A DNA stretch of 61,550 nucleotides, filler included, from Choristocarpus tenellus KU-1152 (GCA_964200185.2; 10 parts of 10 records of this genome joined end to end with filler, not necessarily neighbours in it), one strand, 5' to 3'; shown: positions 38,816 through 52,523, numbered from the whole stretch's first letter. The notes: generated from the letters alone by a model not told the origin. Numbers and translations: made by a program.

Positions 38816-40767
38816 CAAGTCAAGTATGCTGGATCTCTCACTTGGATTATCGTAAAAATCATGGTATAAAAAGGGACTGATCGACAATGCCGATCACAAT
38901 CGGGGACCATAATGACCAAATAATAAATAAATAATCAAGAAGTACAAATATATCAAATCTAGAACTTCAATGTCATAATGGTGTTTATGAAACTGCTATC
39001 AAGACATATCGCCTGTGACATATCCTCCCTGAATGTAGAGTGTATTTGCTTGACTCTAGTCCACACATACACCTCTATTACTGTGCAGAGTGCTATGTTG
39101 ACTTGCTCCCTTGTCCACACTCCCAGTCTGTCCTCCTCTCAGTACACATAAGTGGACTACCTGGTGGTAAGCTCTCATCACTGTCCATCAACTCGCTTAG
39201 CATCTCCACAGTTCCTCCCTCCCTTGCCCTACCTTCCAGGTCTCTATTGTTCCTTCTCTTGCCCCTGCCTCTCCTTCATGGAAGTGATAACTGCTCCTTT
39301 GTGATTTTGACACCCTTTAACGCTCTGAAGCTGACTCCTATCTTGTCCGAATTTCTTCCATGGTGTGAGCAACGGACAGTTGGAGTTGACCACTAAAAAT
39401 AGAAATCTCCGCGTGTCAGCAAGGAACTTGGGTATATATCGAATCGTATCTGTTTGCAAACATTTGGTGAAGTCAGCGTAGGAGATGGCATATTAATACT
39501 CTCCCCAGCTACAGCACTCTTTCCCCTTCCCCCATCACCTAACAGCTATCGCTACCAACAGTATTTCCCACATCAAAGGTCTCCATGCTTGTTCTTCCCC
39601 TTTATTTTATTACAAAAAAAATGCTTGTATAGCCGTCTTGGGTGTCTTCCTCACTGTAAATTTTACTATTATATTCCGGTTTGATAGTCCAGCTCTACAA
39701 TCCGTTGAGGTTGCCATATGGAGGAGCATCATGGAAAACCAGACTTCTTTTGACAGAAGTCTGGTGTCAAGGGGTTCGAACCAGCTAAATAAGGTACCGC
39801 AGGGCTTAACCACTGGACACAAAAAAATACGTTATTCTCATCTCGTCGCCACACATTCAAAGTCCACAACCTACGGTTCCGAATTCCCGTACGCTGCCAC
39901 ATCCTACGTTTTCCACTCTTCCTTCCTTCAACAAAACTAGTAGTAGTCCTAAGTCTTCAGATAACAAATATTTTGTATGTGAATCGTGTGAAGTCTGTCT
40001 GTGGAATCATGGATTATTGACTGAGAACCTTAATCGGTACCACGGTATATGGCATACGGCAATAACGGTATAATAACAGACATGTACACAGGTTCGGTTT
40101 TTCCCACATACATACAAAATGTTAGAAGGTTATATTTTCAAGTTCAACAACATTTTGTGTGATTTCGAGTGAGATGGACCGCTAATATTATATTATGGTG
40201 GTGTCTGGAACTGTTGTGACCTGTTGTGAAGCAAGAAGCATTACAGGTAACATGGTAATGGTTGCATTGAAGATCGAAGAAACTACCTATCGATTCCAAT
40301 TTGATTCTATGGGTCGTGACAAATGGGGTTGATAGGGGTGATGAAGCAAAAGATATCAGCTTAGAATATTTTCGATTTTCTTATTTATAATATTTTTGAG
40401 TAATTTCACCTTCTTCTATCTACATATTAGTCATTCCACTGTCTAAATATATCAATATTCATAACTATAAACAAGAAAAACAACACGTACATCACTACAC
40501 CTCATCAACAACATTTGGTCATATGGTAAAACAATAGATCCACTGTCTGTCACACATCACCAAGATGTGTGGTTTGAAATAGTGAAAAGAAGAAAAATAA
40601 TGGTACCAACACAATAAAGAGTTTTATTAGAACTCAATTCTACATGGTGTTGACCATCCCCATCAACTAGCTCCAGAAAGAAAATTGAATTTACGTAGAG
40701 AGGGTCGTATCCAGTCTGTTGTACCCTTTCCCCCGTCTAATACGTCAACCATCTACAACGACTACAG

Positions 40768-41119
40768 CCCTGATGCTGGCAATGTCGGTCACAAGGTCCT
40801 TATTGCCTCCAATGGGAAGATGGCTGAAGATCGCTATTCCTCCGTTTCCGAGTTACCTCTTCTAGACGAGAGGTCTCTCAAGAAAATGTACAAACTCACA
40901 GATGATGGAATCTTGGACTCGATCCCTTTGTTCGTATCAACTGTGCAAAATACCGTGCGTGATTGCCATGCAGCAATCATCGTATATGCCGCTAGACCGT
41001 CAGATACGCACAAGGGAGAGGAAGTAAGAAGAAGAGCACACGCGCTCAAGGGGGCAGCTGCGACGATGCAGGCTCTACAGCTGGAAGCCCTCTGCGGACA
41101 GCTGGAACAGGCCGGCAAG
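40768..41119 (+). CDS. Histidine phosphotransfer (HPt) domain exon; in-frame ATG at 40820
   Basis: LLDERSLKKM...IPLFVSTVQNTV...EEVRRRAHALKGAAATMQALQLEALCGQLEQAGK matches the HPt signature H.LKG.A..(G)A..L...C..LE (His codon 41039-41041); donor AAG|GTGAGG at 41119/41120; candidate acceptor TACAG at 40767. Confidence 0.82.
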
Positions 41120-43349
41120 GTGAGGGAACGTGATGGGCTAAACCGCGTCTATGCAATGCACAAGTGCAACCATGTGAAAGCTCCTGAGCTTACCTAAGCA
41201 GCTCGAGGTCAATTGTCACCGTAACTTGGCTCCCACTGTTGCTGTTTGTTGACCTCAGCAAAACTGGCACTCCACACATTGCAGTAGATCTCGCTGTCGA
41301 CTTTGTTCGACTCTATCCCTGTAATGGTATCTGCAGTACTTGTAAACACGTCGTCGCTACCTGATGGACGACTTCTTCCCTGATTGCCGGACTCCCCTCT
41401 TGTTCGTTATGGCTTGGTGATGTCCCTTTCGGAAGGTGAGAAGGAGTCCTGACGAGTGCTGGCGGCTGTTCTACGCATTGAAAAGCACCGCTGACAATAC
41501 TATCCGTTATGTGAATGGCCAGCTTAGGGAAAAGCTACATAAAAAGTCAAAGTCGAACATGTCGAACAAGTCGAATAAGAAGAGCTCCGGGAGGTGATGA
41601 GTGTTGAGAAACTTGGCGCATGCAAGGCTCGTTGCCGGAAGCTAGCGGTTGAATTATATGGTAAAGCACACATTGAATTATTTATTGCCCGCCAACCATC
41701 CGTCATCACTGGCGTGTGAATGAATGTTGACTTATTATATTTTTATGCACGTATGTACTTTGTGTCAGCACAAATAACGTAAGGATATCACTAGGTTATT
41801 CGACAATGAGGAACCACAGGTATAGAGTGTTTTCTCAGAGGGATTCGTATAGAAATGCACAAGCCCGACCGCCCTCTCAAAATTCTCCAATGCAGATTTT
41901 GGCGACCTCTGGCGAGGGTGCGGTGTTTAGTGGGGGTATTGTCCAGAGGACGTATTTACGGATAATCCCTTTATGTGCGCCCCAAAGTTTCAAGTTAAAG
42001 GTGTACGTAGGACATAGTTATCAAGAGAAGCTCCCCCAGCGCGAACTGGATCCACCACATGTCTTCGTAGTCAGTCACTGACTTGTTTAAAAGAAATAGG
42101 AAACCAAATTCTTGGAATAAAGTTTGCTTGGCTAAATTTAAGGGAAATTAGTCCACTACTAGCTTTGTACGAGGCAAAGAAGGGAAAAAAGAGACCGCCC
42201 TAAAGTGATGAATTTTGGAGCTAAGAAGTGATTCCCACAGATATAGACTGCAAGTAGATTCGCCCAATCCTTCGATCACCATCTTCCTGTACCCTCCTGA
42301 CTATCGTGAAACCAGCAAAAAGAACATGGAGTGATGGCAAGTCTGCATTTTGGGCAGATAGGTGAATACTACTTCGTGAGATTTGAGGAAGTGGATTGAG
42401 ACATGGTGGCATGTCTGAACTCAACATTTATGAAAAGTGCAAGGCATGAACGAAGCAGTGCATTTAGTTGCAGTGCAACAACAGTACGCAGTTTTAATGG
42501 GAAGGAGTGCAGTGTGTAGTGCGTCTGACTGCAGTTCAGAAGTAGGCAAGGTCAAGGCAAGTTCTTAGTCACAGAGTAAACATAACACAATATCGTAGCA
42601 TTATATTTCTACACAACGAAGAATGACAAGAAAATATTTGTTGTACTCATCGTAAAGAATTCCTCCAACATTTGGAAGGTACACTTCAATTTCCCAAAGC
42701 GAAGCTGGCAAGACACGTACGTAAAGATCTATGGAGAGGAGGTTAAAAAAAAACTTTTTGGCAAACATAGGATGAAGATATTTTACTCTGAGAGAACCCA
42801 TAGTACAACAACAATACACCAGCTACCTTCAATATATGAAGAGAAGATCGTGGCATAAGAAGGGGGTGCATATTCTCAGGAATCCCTTAGTGTAGCTTTC
42901 TCCGAAAAAGAAATCCGGAGAGATCGTATGGGACTTACGAAAATGTTAAATGTTTATGAGGTGAGCGAAGGGACGTTATAAAGAAAGACTTTCACGACTG
43001 GAGAAGAATATTTCTTCCGTTTCCACGTTCACTAATTTGGAGTGTATTGTGCGCAACAGCTAGGATATCATAACATACGACTAGTCTTGTATTTTTGTAG
43101 TAACCAAACACCAAAATGCACAAGCAAGATATCAGTAGCTACCAATAGAAGCGAAGCGGTAGGTATTTGTAACTATCGTCAAACATTCCCCCCTTTCCTT
43201 CCACTCGTAGTCTGACAAGTATTTGGTAAGGACTACTGAGGGGCAACCCAGAATGTGATACTTAGAAGTATGTTTTTATGCTGTTTGGTAGGGTCCTGTT
43301 CGTAGATTGTGCTGCTGATACACATAGACACCACCGGTGGATTAGATAA

Positions 43350-43445
43350 GACCCAAAGTATCTGTGGGGGGGGGGGGGGGGCAACACCAGGGTGTCCATT
43401 TGGACAAAACCAGGAAAAGGGCACTTTCTTTATCCATCCAACGTA
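43350..43445 (+). mobile_element. MITE family B partial copy at contig end
   Basis: gacccaaagtatctgtG-run..acaccagggtgtccatttggacaaaaccaggaaaag..ttatccatccaacgta. Confidence 0.85.
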
Positions 43446-45933
43446 NNNNNNNNNNNNNNNNNNNNNNNNNNNNNNNNNNNNNNNNNNNNTTAATTAATTA
43501 ANNNNNNNNNNNNNNNNNNNNNNNNNNNNNNNNNNNNNNNNNNNNGGGGGGGGGGTTCCATTCGAGGGGCAGGGGTGGAAGGTTCGGTCAGAGTGAGGTG
43601 GACAGCAGTGTAGCATTGGAATTGGGATGGAGACGGAAGGAGTAGGAGAAAAATCGTAGGTAGTTCAATTGTTTCACATTTATTGTCAATGATGACTGCA
43701 ACAAACACACTTGAATGACGAAGTAGTGTAATATTTATAAAGAGAAATTAATGTAGGGTATCGTAAGGCCAGAAGATTGGAAGGAATGGAGGTGGGACTA
43801 TCGAGATACAGTAGGCAGAAAGGTGAAAGTTGATGGTATGTATGACAAAAGTCAAGGATAACAAAAGTTGTGTCAGGTAGTTTGGAGTTCATGGGGGAGG
43901 GATCAAACGGACCAGGTCAGGTAGGTGGGTTAAGGCGTGTTTGATGATATGTATGGAGATACCATAACAGGATTTTTCTATTGATGAGTACTACATAGTT
44001 GTAAGGAATGTGATTGCTGACATTGATGTTCTGGTCTTGACACCAGAATAATGGTGAATCATACCCACCTAGGTACATACCAGACTAATCCAAGGCAATT
44101 TGCAGAGGGTTGGAGCAATGTCATACACACCCCATACACACACAGATCTGCTCATTGTATACGAAAAAAGGAATTGATCAACACCTAAACGCTAGGTTAT
44201 TTAGTGATGGACTATGATACATATGCGGTACGGTCGTACACCGTCAGTGGAATCCTATGATATGATGTCTACATATTCAGCCTTTGCACTTCCACTAATG
44301 ATGCTGTCCATTGTGTGTTGTAGCACCCACTCCAAACGAAAGTTAGGGTCGAGACGTGTAGGAGAGTGAAGGGGCGTCTCAACAACAACCGGATTAATGC
44401 TGTTGGAGATCTTGATTTTTTGTCCATTGAGGGTTATGCTGGAATACTTTCATCAGGGTAGGGGAGGTCCTTCCCACAAAACTCAAATAAATGGCAGGGA
44501 CCTGGTACACTCAGCAGCCTTGTAGGCAGATTTGATTTGCGTATCACACAATATATGTTGACTTACAAACCAAAATATAAAACACCAGAATTCTCAAACC
44601 CAAGCAAACATGAGGGATTGTCCAAGAAGCTTTGGGGGAACTGGGTTTCGTGGAGACAGGAGAGAAGAAGCCACTGCTTGTGTCGTTAGGAGCTGAATGG
44701 AATATACTTCGACCAAGAAAGTGGATAGAATCTTGGGAAGTATGGTCGAAGTTGGTGGGTGTTGCTTGGGGGACAGTCAACCTCAAGCGGTTTAGACTTG
44801 AGCGTGAATCAGAGTTTTGTGGGACACCTTGTGTGAGGATTCTGAAGGCAAATGAAAGAGACAGTAGTGGGGTGATTGCTTTGGTATTCATCTCAACTTC
44901 TCTGCTTGGCTGATGCCTGATGGGATAGGGCCAGGAGAAGTCTTCCTCGAACAAGTCTAAATAATTATTGTGGGCACAAGGGACTGGCAAAGATATAGGG
45001 CCTAGCTTTATACGATGTCTTGTTGCTAACCGATACAGCGGTTGAGACCTTAATGAAGCATGCTTGTCACAGACAATTACAAAGAATCATTCGTATCTAC
45101 TCAACATTTAGAGGTATGTGCCCCCATTGTGACCTGGCATGCCTCAACACCAATCAGAAAAAGTTTCGACATACCGTAGGTTGTAACGCAAAGGTCTATC
45201 ACATGATCTGCTATATGCGCTTGCTACATACCCAACGAAAAAACGTTCACACAAGTTGCACATGTAGGTATGCGGAGTACATATGCAGGAGCCTTTACAT
45301 GGCCTGCTCAGGGGGGAGTGGGGGGAGTTGCAAGTTGCTGTTTTCCTTGTTTAGTCAGCACTCACATGGTTAGAAGTTATATATGTAAACTACTGCTGGT
45401 GTATTTTTTAGTGGGGTGCTCAGCAACCCTGTGTGAATATAATTGAACTAGTGGTGAAATAACTCGGTTGTACACTGACGTCATCACTTCTATCGCCGCA
45501 AAGTGTTCGATTGGTACAACATATAAACAGGGGTGCAAAGTCGGCAATGGTGGCTGCGACAAACTCCTACAAAGAGACAGCATGGAGGGTTTCATATCAT
45601 AGCTTAGGCGTTTGCATTATTTGATGTTTGAAACGTATGTGGCCCTTGACAAAACCTATGCTTACTCTTTAAACAAATAACAGAGCTGTAAGCCCCAACA
45701 CGGGGTGGAGTCCATACAAGCCATCATAGATCAGTTACTCTGGCTGAACTGTCTATATTTCAATTGAATTCTCGAGACCTGAACACAGGATCGAATGTGG
45801 CACTAGAATTGGGTGGGGAAGTCCAATGCATGATTGTGGAAGCTTGCTGGGCAGACACCAGGAATGCGACTAGATTGAAGGGGTCCAATATGTCGAGGAA
45901 TGTCGGAGATGGACCTGGTGCAGCCTAGGGGAC

Positions 45934-48565
45934 TTGCGTGAGACAAACTGGTCTAAGCTGCAGATTGCGCAGCATACTCAACCTCCACGGGTTAAGAGAC
46001 TGGCTGAGAAGGAGGCGAGGGAGTTTCTGACAGCTCGACAGGAATATGAGATGAGTGTTAGGGTACAGCACTCAAAAGGAGTTGTGCAAATTACACTTAT
46101 GACGCTTTCCGAATCCCTAACCGTTGCTCAGAGACGAACACTGGTGAGGGGCGAACTCAAAAACAATTGGGCTGCAGCAACAGAGGAGCAACTCCTAAAT
46201 GCACTCAAGAAGGTGGAGCGAGATAATGACGAAGACAGAACCTTCGACATTGGGGAAATCCAAGGGGATTTGCAGAGGGTGACCCAGATGGGAAATGAAA
46301 GGTCCACCGCTGACCGGGTCATGGGAGTGATCCAGGACTCTGAGGGCCATCTCAAAGATAACAATCTGGATGGCACTTTCCGCCAGAATGCAGGACAAGT
46401 AGGGGAGGCCTTGGAAGGCAGGGCTGGGGAAGGTAGTATCAGAGGCCTTTATTGCAGGACTCAAACTCCCTGTGGTTAAGGGAGAAATTTCTAACCATGT
46501 AGCATGGGACCCTGGGCTAAAAAAGGATTCAGATCAGATCTTCGAGCTGGTAAAGGAGCAAGCTGAAAAATGGAGGACATACGAGCGACCCAGGCATACG
46601 AAAAAAAGCATGGCAAACCTGGTGGCAAACACCAGGAGGGAAAGCCTAAATTTGGGGAGAAGGTAGGCAAGTCAGGGGAAGGCGCACCTAATGCAGGATC
46701 GAGTGTGAGGGAGGACAAGCTCAAAGGGACTTGTGATGCGTGTGGGAAAGTTGACCATAAACATGCTCAATGCCGGAGCTTGCTGGTTGGAGTCTGGAAG
46801 AAGCAGCAGCATCAGCAGCAGGGGTGGCCACACCAACGTGGTCCAGGTCTAGGTCCTGGGAGGGGATCTGGACCAGGGCAAGACAACAACCCAGGGTGCC
46901 AGACAGCAACCCTCAAGTGTAGGGGGAGGAACAAGAGTGAAAGTAACTTAGAGGGTATGGGTTTTGCCCTGTTTGTCCATTTGAGACTTGGCTTCCCTCT
47001 GGGCTTATATGACATTTTCCTACTCCAAAAATTTCGGAGTAGGTAAAATGTATACGTTATGAAAAGTTGTTCGGGAGCAAGGATATTGACGCTTCCTAAC
47101 AAACACAATAGCCAAAATTACATCGAAATTGTAACATTGGATTTTGGACCCCAAATGTACGCGGCTCTACCCTCTAAGATACTTTGGCTCACAAGCCGTC
47201 TGGGGGCAGCTCAAGGCCCAAGGATTCAGCAGGGGCTAGCTCCCAAACCTGCAACCGATTTCTGGCAAGGCACTGATGGTGGGAGCACAAGTGGCAGGGT
47301 GGTGAGGTTCAATGAGATGGTTCCCGATCATGTGGATCATGGGATGCCTCTGCTGCCACCAAGCCCGGATCCCAACATTAAATCCCTATGCAGGCCATAC
47401 TGGTATGCACAAAGTCCAGGGCACTCTTGAGGATGCATCCCTGCCTACAGAAGGGATGAATGTGGAAAGGTTGAGCTACAATGGCATGGAAGATGTCACA
47501 CCAGTGGGGATCAACATGCACGGGAAGTTGCCTTGCAATATGAAGGTCCACCTGGACCCAGGGTCAGGGATCACAGGCATATCTGAGAGCCTGGTGAAAA
47601 AATGCAGCAGCATTTTGGTTGAGCAGTGGTGATGAAGCCCCCCCACCAGCCTGTCTTGGTGAAGATAGCCAATGGTTTCTCTGAGACCATCAGGAATGTG
47701 ACATGTCCACTAAATGTGGCACTCTGCTTGTGCTACAGACCCGTGGTGGTGAAAAACATTGTGTTGGCAGTGACAAATTTCAGCGCAGTGAACAGTCGCA
47801 CAGAGGCATGCCCCTTCCCTATGCCCAACCTCGAGCCAATGATGGTCAAACTTCAAGGTGCGGCCTGCTTTGCCAAGCTTGATCTGTTCAAAGGTTACTG
47901 GCAGTTTCCATTGTCTGAACTGGGACAGGAAATCTATACGGTGAGGGGGGAAGACCTATTCTCCCCAACCTGTGTGCCACAGGGCGCGCTCAATGCTACC
48001 TCTCATTCCCAAGCACAGATGAGTCAAGTCTTAACAGGTTTGTCGCACACGATCTGCATGCTGTGGGTTGATGACATCATCCTGTGGGGCTGAGACGCAG
48101 ATGATCTGGTGAATAATCTCGATCCTATGCTTGGCAGGCTGGCCCACCATGGGATCTATGCTGCAGGTGACAAGACCCTGATGTTCACCACTGAGACAAC
48201 ATTGTATGGGAAGATCTATACAGGACAGACTGTCCGGCATGACCCTGTTCATCTGCAGGGGCTGATTGACCTTCGCAGTTTCGAGATAGTGAGGGAGCTG
48301 ATGCAGTTCTTGCAGGCCGTAAACTGGCTGAAGATACATCTACCTCATATGTCTGAGACAGTAGAGCCCCTTTTGCTGGAAAGGCGTCTGGCAGGTGTAA
48401 AATGCCAGTCCAAACGGGTAGCCTCCACCCACCCCATACATGGGGGGGATTGGTCCCTGGAGCAGCTGGCGGTCTGGACGACTGCGCAGAAAATGATCTC
48501 ACAGGTGGTGGAGCTCTCACACCCCAGGAGGAGTGTGCTGTGCTGATGTTTCCTGGCGCCTCTGT
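45934..48565 (+). mobile_element. Degenerate Ty3/gypsy retrotransposon (gag, zinc knuckle, protease, RT, start of RNase H)
   Basis: PPRVKRL..AREFL..RQEYE (gag), CDACGKVDHKHAQC, VHLDPGSGITGISE (protease), FAKLDLFKGYWQFPL..VPQGALNA..MLWVDDIILWG (RT), ELMQFLQAVNW, VLMFPGAS (RNase H start). Confidence 0.92.
46935..47190 (+). mobile_element. MITE family A copy inserted in the gypsy element, 4-bp TSD ACAA
   Basis: ACAA at 46931-46934 and 47191-47194 around GAGTGAAAGTAACTTAGAGGG...CTAAGATACTTTGGCTC. Confidence 0.95.
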
Positions 48566-48900
48566 CACAGTCACTAGACAGAAACGTGACGAACCATCAG
48601 ATTTGGCTACGTTGGTAACAGGACTATCCCAAGGGTTGGCATCTTTTTCAGTGATGCCTTGCTCATCCATAGTATTAGCACACAAGTCAATCACTCCTTG
48701 AGTGCAGAGGTTTTCTTTGTACGAATTCTTGTCAACAGGCTTGGTACCAGGCTCTATAGAAATTTCTGCTTCGGCTAGAGTACATCTGCCCAGTTCTGCT
48801 GCGTTCAATGAAAATACCGATACTCCCTACAATGGTGTCAACTACACCATGCTCATTCTCAAACGGAGAGGAGACAAATCCATCTGGGCACTCCTAGGGA
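48566..48900 (-). mobile_element. Ty3/gypsy RT N-terminal fragment, antiparallel to the preceding element
   Basis: AELGRCTLAEAEISIEPGTKPV..SY...GITEKDANPWDSPVTNVAKSDGSSRFC shows the gypsy PW.SP / K.DGS.RFC motifs. Confidence 0.85.
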
Positions 48901-49559
48901 CGAGGAGACTGTTGACCAGCTGTAGGCCATTTTATACCATAGGGGAAGAGGTTGTGAATGTCATGATCAGGAGGATAGTACCACCTGGGTTGTCCAGGCA
49001 TGACTGTGTCAAGAGACCATCACTAGTCGTCACTTCGTAACCAGAGTACTGGCACAAACAATTTTGTGACAAACTTTGTTGTACATCAACATGATAGGAA
49101 GTAGCCAGGGACTCTTCACAATGAGGTAGACAACAGGGTCGTGACGCTGAACAGTCAGTCAAATGGTTGGGACAGGTAGATCCACCAACGACTGAACTGA
49201 AGACCTGATTAGGGGCACTTCCCCTACTTGATGATGCTCCACTTCCATCCGGAGATGTTGGTACTCCATTGGAGTTGGATGGAGTCCGAACAAGGAACAT
49301 GATCAACAATTTGACCACAGGTGTTAAGGATATGCTTTTTATTCATGTGTAAAATATGATTCTGTGGGAGAAACATTGAGTTGTTGGANNNNNNNNNNNN
49401 NNNNNNNNNNNNNNNNNNNNNNNNNNNNNNNNTTAATTAATTAANNNNNNNNNNNNNNNNNNNNNNNNNNNNNNNNNNNNNNNNNNNNCTTGTATGCCCC
49501 CGCGCTCCACTCCATAGTGGCAGCATACGGGGGTCCGCTTACATACCAATGAGGCTCAT

Positions 49560-49855
49560 AACCTATGCAAAAGAGAGCTACTCAAGTATAGTGTTTGCAT
49601 TATGGTGTATGGATGTATTTATTAGCGGAGTGAGCACTATCCTTAAGGTGGGGTGGTGCTCTCCCTTGTTATCTAATTCATTCGTCATCAAACACGTCAG
49701 AGATATGTTTAAACATGTTTGTGACAGTTACACTACGTCAGTCACTTATAAGTTCAAGTTACACTACGTCAGTCGCTTGTAAGTTCAAGTTACATTACTT
49801 CATTCACTTTTACACTATAAACCATATAGACTACAAGTCTATATTGGACAATAAT
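49560..49855 (+). repeat. Copy of the dispersed repeat at 17318-17740
   Basis: Shared blocks as at 17318; internal ~29-bp tandem (agttacactacgtcagtc.ctt.taagttca). Confidence 0.85.
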
Positions 49856-52500
49856 CCTGGCCGCCCTGTTGAATCCATATATGTATCCCTTTGGTGCAAG
49901 CATCATGAACATAATCCGCCATTGTTCCCTGTCTGTGCACTACCTAGATTTACCTGGGGCGGAGTGAGCTGACTGGTGGGAAGCTCTGGCGGAATGGATG
50001 TGGATGAGAGCTGACTGATGCTTTTGTCACAGTAGTAGTAGTAATATCTGTCTGTGATACTCTGGAGAAGATATGTAGGTACACAACCCCCATGAAGTTC
50101 TATTTACTGCTTGGATATTGTAACTCCTGATAACTCTTCCATTCACAATTCACTTCAAATAAAATTACATTAGTCACAAAGTTGGTGAGAATGCTCAAGA
50201 AATGTAGCAAGTGTTGCACACACGTTCCGTACATCCTTGAAGATCGGTAATATTCAATATAATTTAGAATCAAGCAACGGTTGCAGAATATTGAAGGAGA
50301 GATTTAACCAAGGGGGCCCACCAGGTACCCGTCATCTTTATGCTCTTTTTTTCACAACTAGATACACTTTTTTGTGATGTCTGAGAGACTCTAACGTGTA
50401 TGATACAGACAGCACTGCCATCCTCTTATGGCTATGTGTGTACACAAAACTCTACGGTAAATGGGCAAAACGCTAAAGGAAGTCACTGAACTATTTTGAG
50501 TTGGAGTCTCTTTTACTTATCTTGAGCTGATACCTAATTCCTGCGACTTCTATCGGGGGAAGGGACCTCATGTTGATTTGATGGTTTCCTTTACCGTGCA
50601 TATGAGTGTTATGTTTGGTTGCCGAGAATGGTTGGATGTTGTCATTGTTCAATGTTCCATTTCGCAGTCGTGAAGATGGTGATTCTATCCCTGGACGATA
50701 AGGGTGAAGGGTCCATCCATGTGAAGAGAGAAAAAATATATTTACTGATTCATATTGACCCTTGTAAGGCACGCATGAAGGGCTTGCGTCTACGCCCAAC
50801 TACGCAAAGTGTCGCTCGACCCGTACACTTCGTGGACGGCACGACTCGATTATTGAGTAGTTGGAATTTTCGAGCCGTTTTAACTAGTACATAGTAGGAT
50901 GATAGATTGGACAAGTGTACATATCTGGGGACAACAGCAAAATCTCATGTGTGTACACTTTGTGTCGTGAGGGTCGTTCCGACTCCTCATTGGGTTGTAG
51001 ACATGTTGAAGTATTGCACCTTTTTATGCTACTAGAAACTATTATGCATATGATCACATATTTGGTGGATACAAACGATCTTGAGCTTTGAACATCCATG
51101 CCACATGTCTGCTGTGGTCAGGCAGGACAAGGAGGAAGAAGACAGGCCGTAAGCCACAGAGCGACTTGTTGGAATGATCTCTCAAACCCTGCCTTTGTGT
51201 GAACCCATCACCATATCGTTCCAGATTTGAGACCATAACGTGGGCAAAGGAGTGGTTGTCGGTCCGGCTCACCCTCTCTCAGATTGAATCAGAGCGTAAG
51301 TGATTGGCTGATGTGTTGAATTGACAAAGTGAAAACTCGATTGAGTATGAGCATGGTTATATCTTGATGAAAATTGCATCACATGGAAGACATTGTCTGA
51401 GGTTGTTTGGGCATGTGACAATTTTACCCACTCCTTTTCATCAATCAAAAACCTCTCCATACCCTTGACTCTCTCTTTTATGTTTTGTTCTAATTTTTCT
51501 ACAGTTTATTTTTTATGTGTTAAAAATATACACTACTAAGGAGTTAGTACTACCAAGCACCGTTTTTTTTTTTCTTTTCCAGACACATTTATAGTCATTG
51601 TGCGTACAACTTGAGATTCGAAAACTAATTTAAAGAGAAGAGTTAACAAAAACAATTGATACATGTCGAAAACCATGCATGCAATACAGAAGACTAGTCA
51701 GTTCTCAATTTTGTTTAACTTTCATGCACTAAGAAACCTCTTCAAGTGGTGAGATTTTGGAGGGGGTCAACTGTGCTCAATGTGTTGAGTTTTATTTAGA
51801 ACAACGGCTTGACTTAAATGAATGCATTTTTTGTCCTCAAGTCTCCACTAAACACAAACTGACCCTGCCGGGAGGGACCCAGACTGCTCGTGGTGTACAC
51901 CTGTTGTGGAGAGAGGCATGAGAAATATGAGGGTCTGTGTAACACAATCAGTATGGTCTCAGCACACAAGGGGGAGAGGGTCAACGGCGGAGTACTTGGC
52001 ACAGTAGGTCCCATTGGGGATCAAGGCATTTCTGATAGATGCAAAGAAAGTCGCAGTAGGTGCGCACGCCTAATGAAGAACCTGGTTTTGTCTCTCCCTG
52101 ATTTGGTTTTCAGGTAGTCTGAGGTAACTGCTCTTTTCCACTAGCTTACGACTGACACGATGATCTCACCCTCCGTTTCTTTAGTTGGAAAATATTCGGG
52201 CATTTTCGGTTCCATGCGCAGGACCCCAGCAACAGAGCATGAACACCTGAACATTGCCTACAACACAGTTATCACAACAAAATGAGCAAAAGGGCCAGGT
52301 GATTCCTCAGGTCTCTCGTGCTTCCTCCGATCAGACATACTACTGTGAATACGCCGCATTACGCAGAATGGACATTTGTCCTAGTCAACCAAAATGCAGG
52401 GATACACTGCAGAGGTCGCATCCTCAGAGCTGGGTGGGGGAACTCAATCAGTCGCTGAACTAATCACAAAACACTAGTGCAGAAAAAGAAAAGAGCATCT

Positions 52501-52523
52501 TAGGGATAGGGTTAGGGTTAGGG
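52501..52523 (+). repeat. Short interstitial telomere-like (TTAGGG)n tract
   Basis: tagggatagggttagggttaggg; similar short tracts at ~243-287, 1547-1557, 4227-4241 and 55503-55514. Confidence 0.55.

Noticed and set aside
44544-44990. ORF with LTQGVPQ and IHFLGRSI resembling reverse transcriptase motifs
   Set aside because: No YxDD between the motifs and the spacing is far too short; it may be a deleted RT relic but is not supportable.
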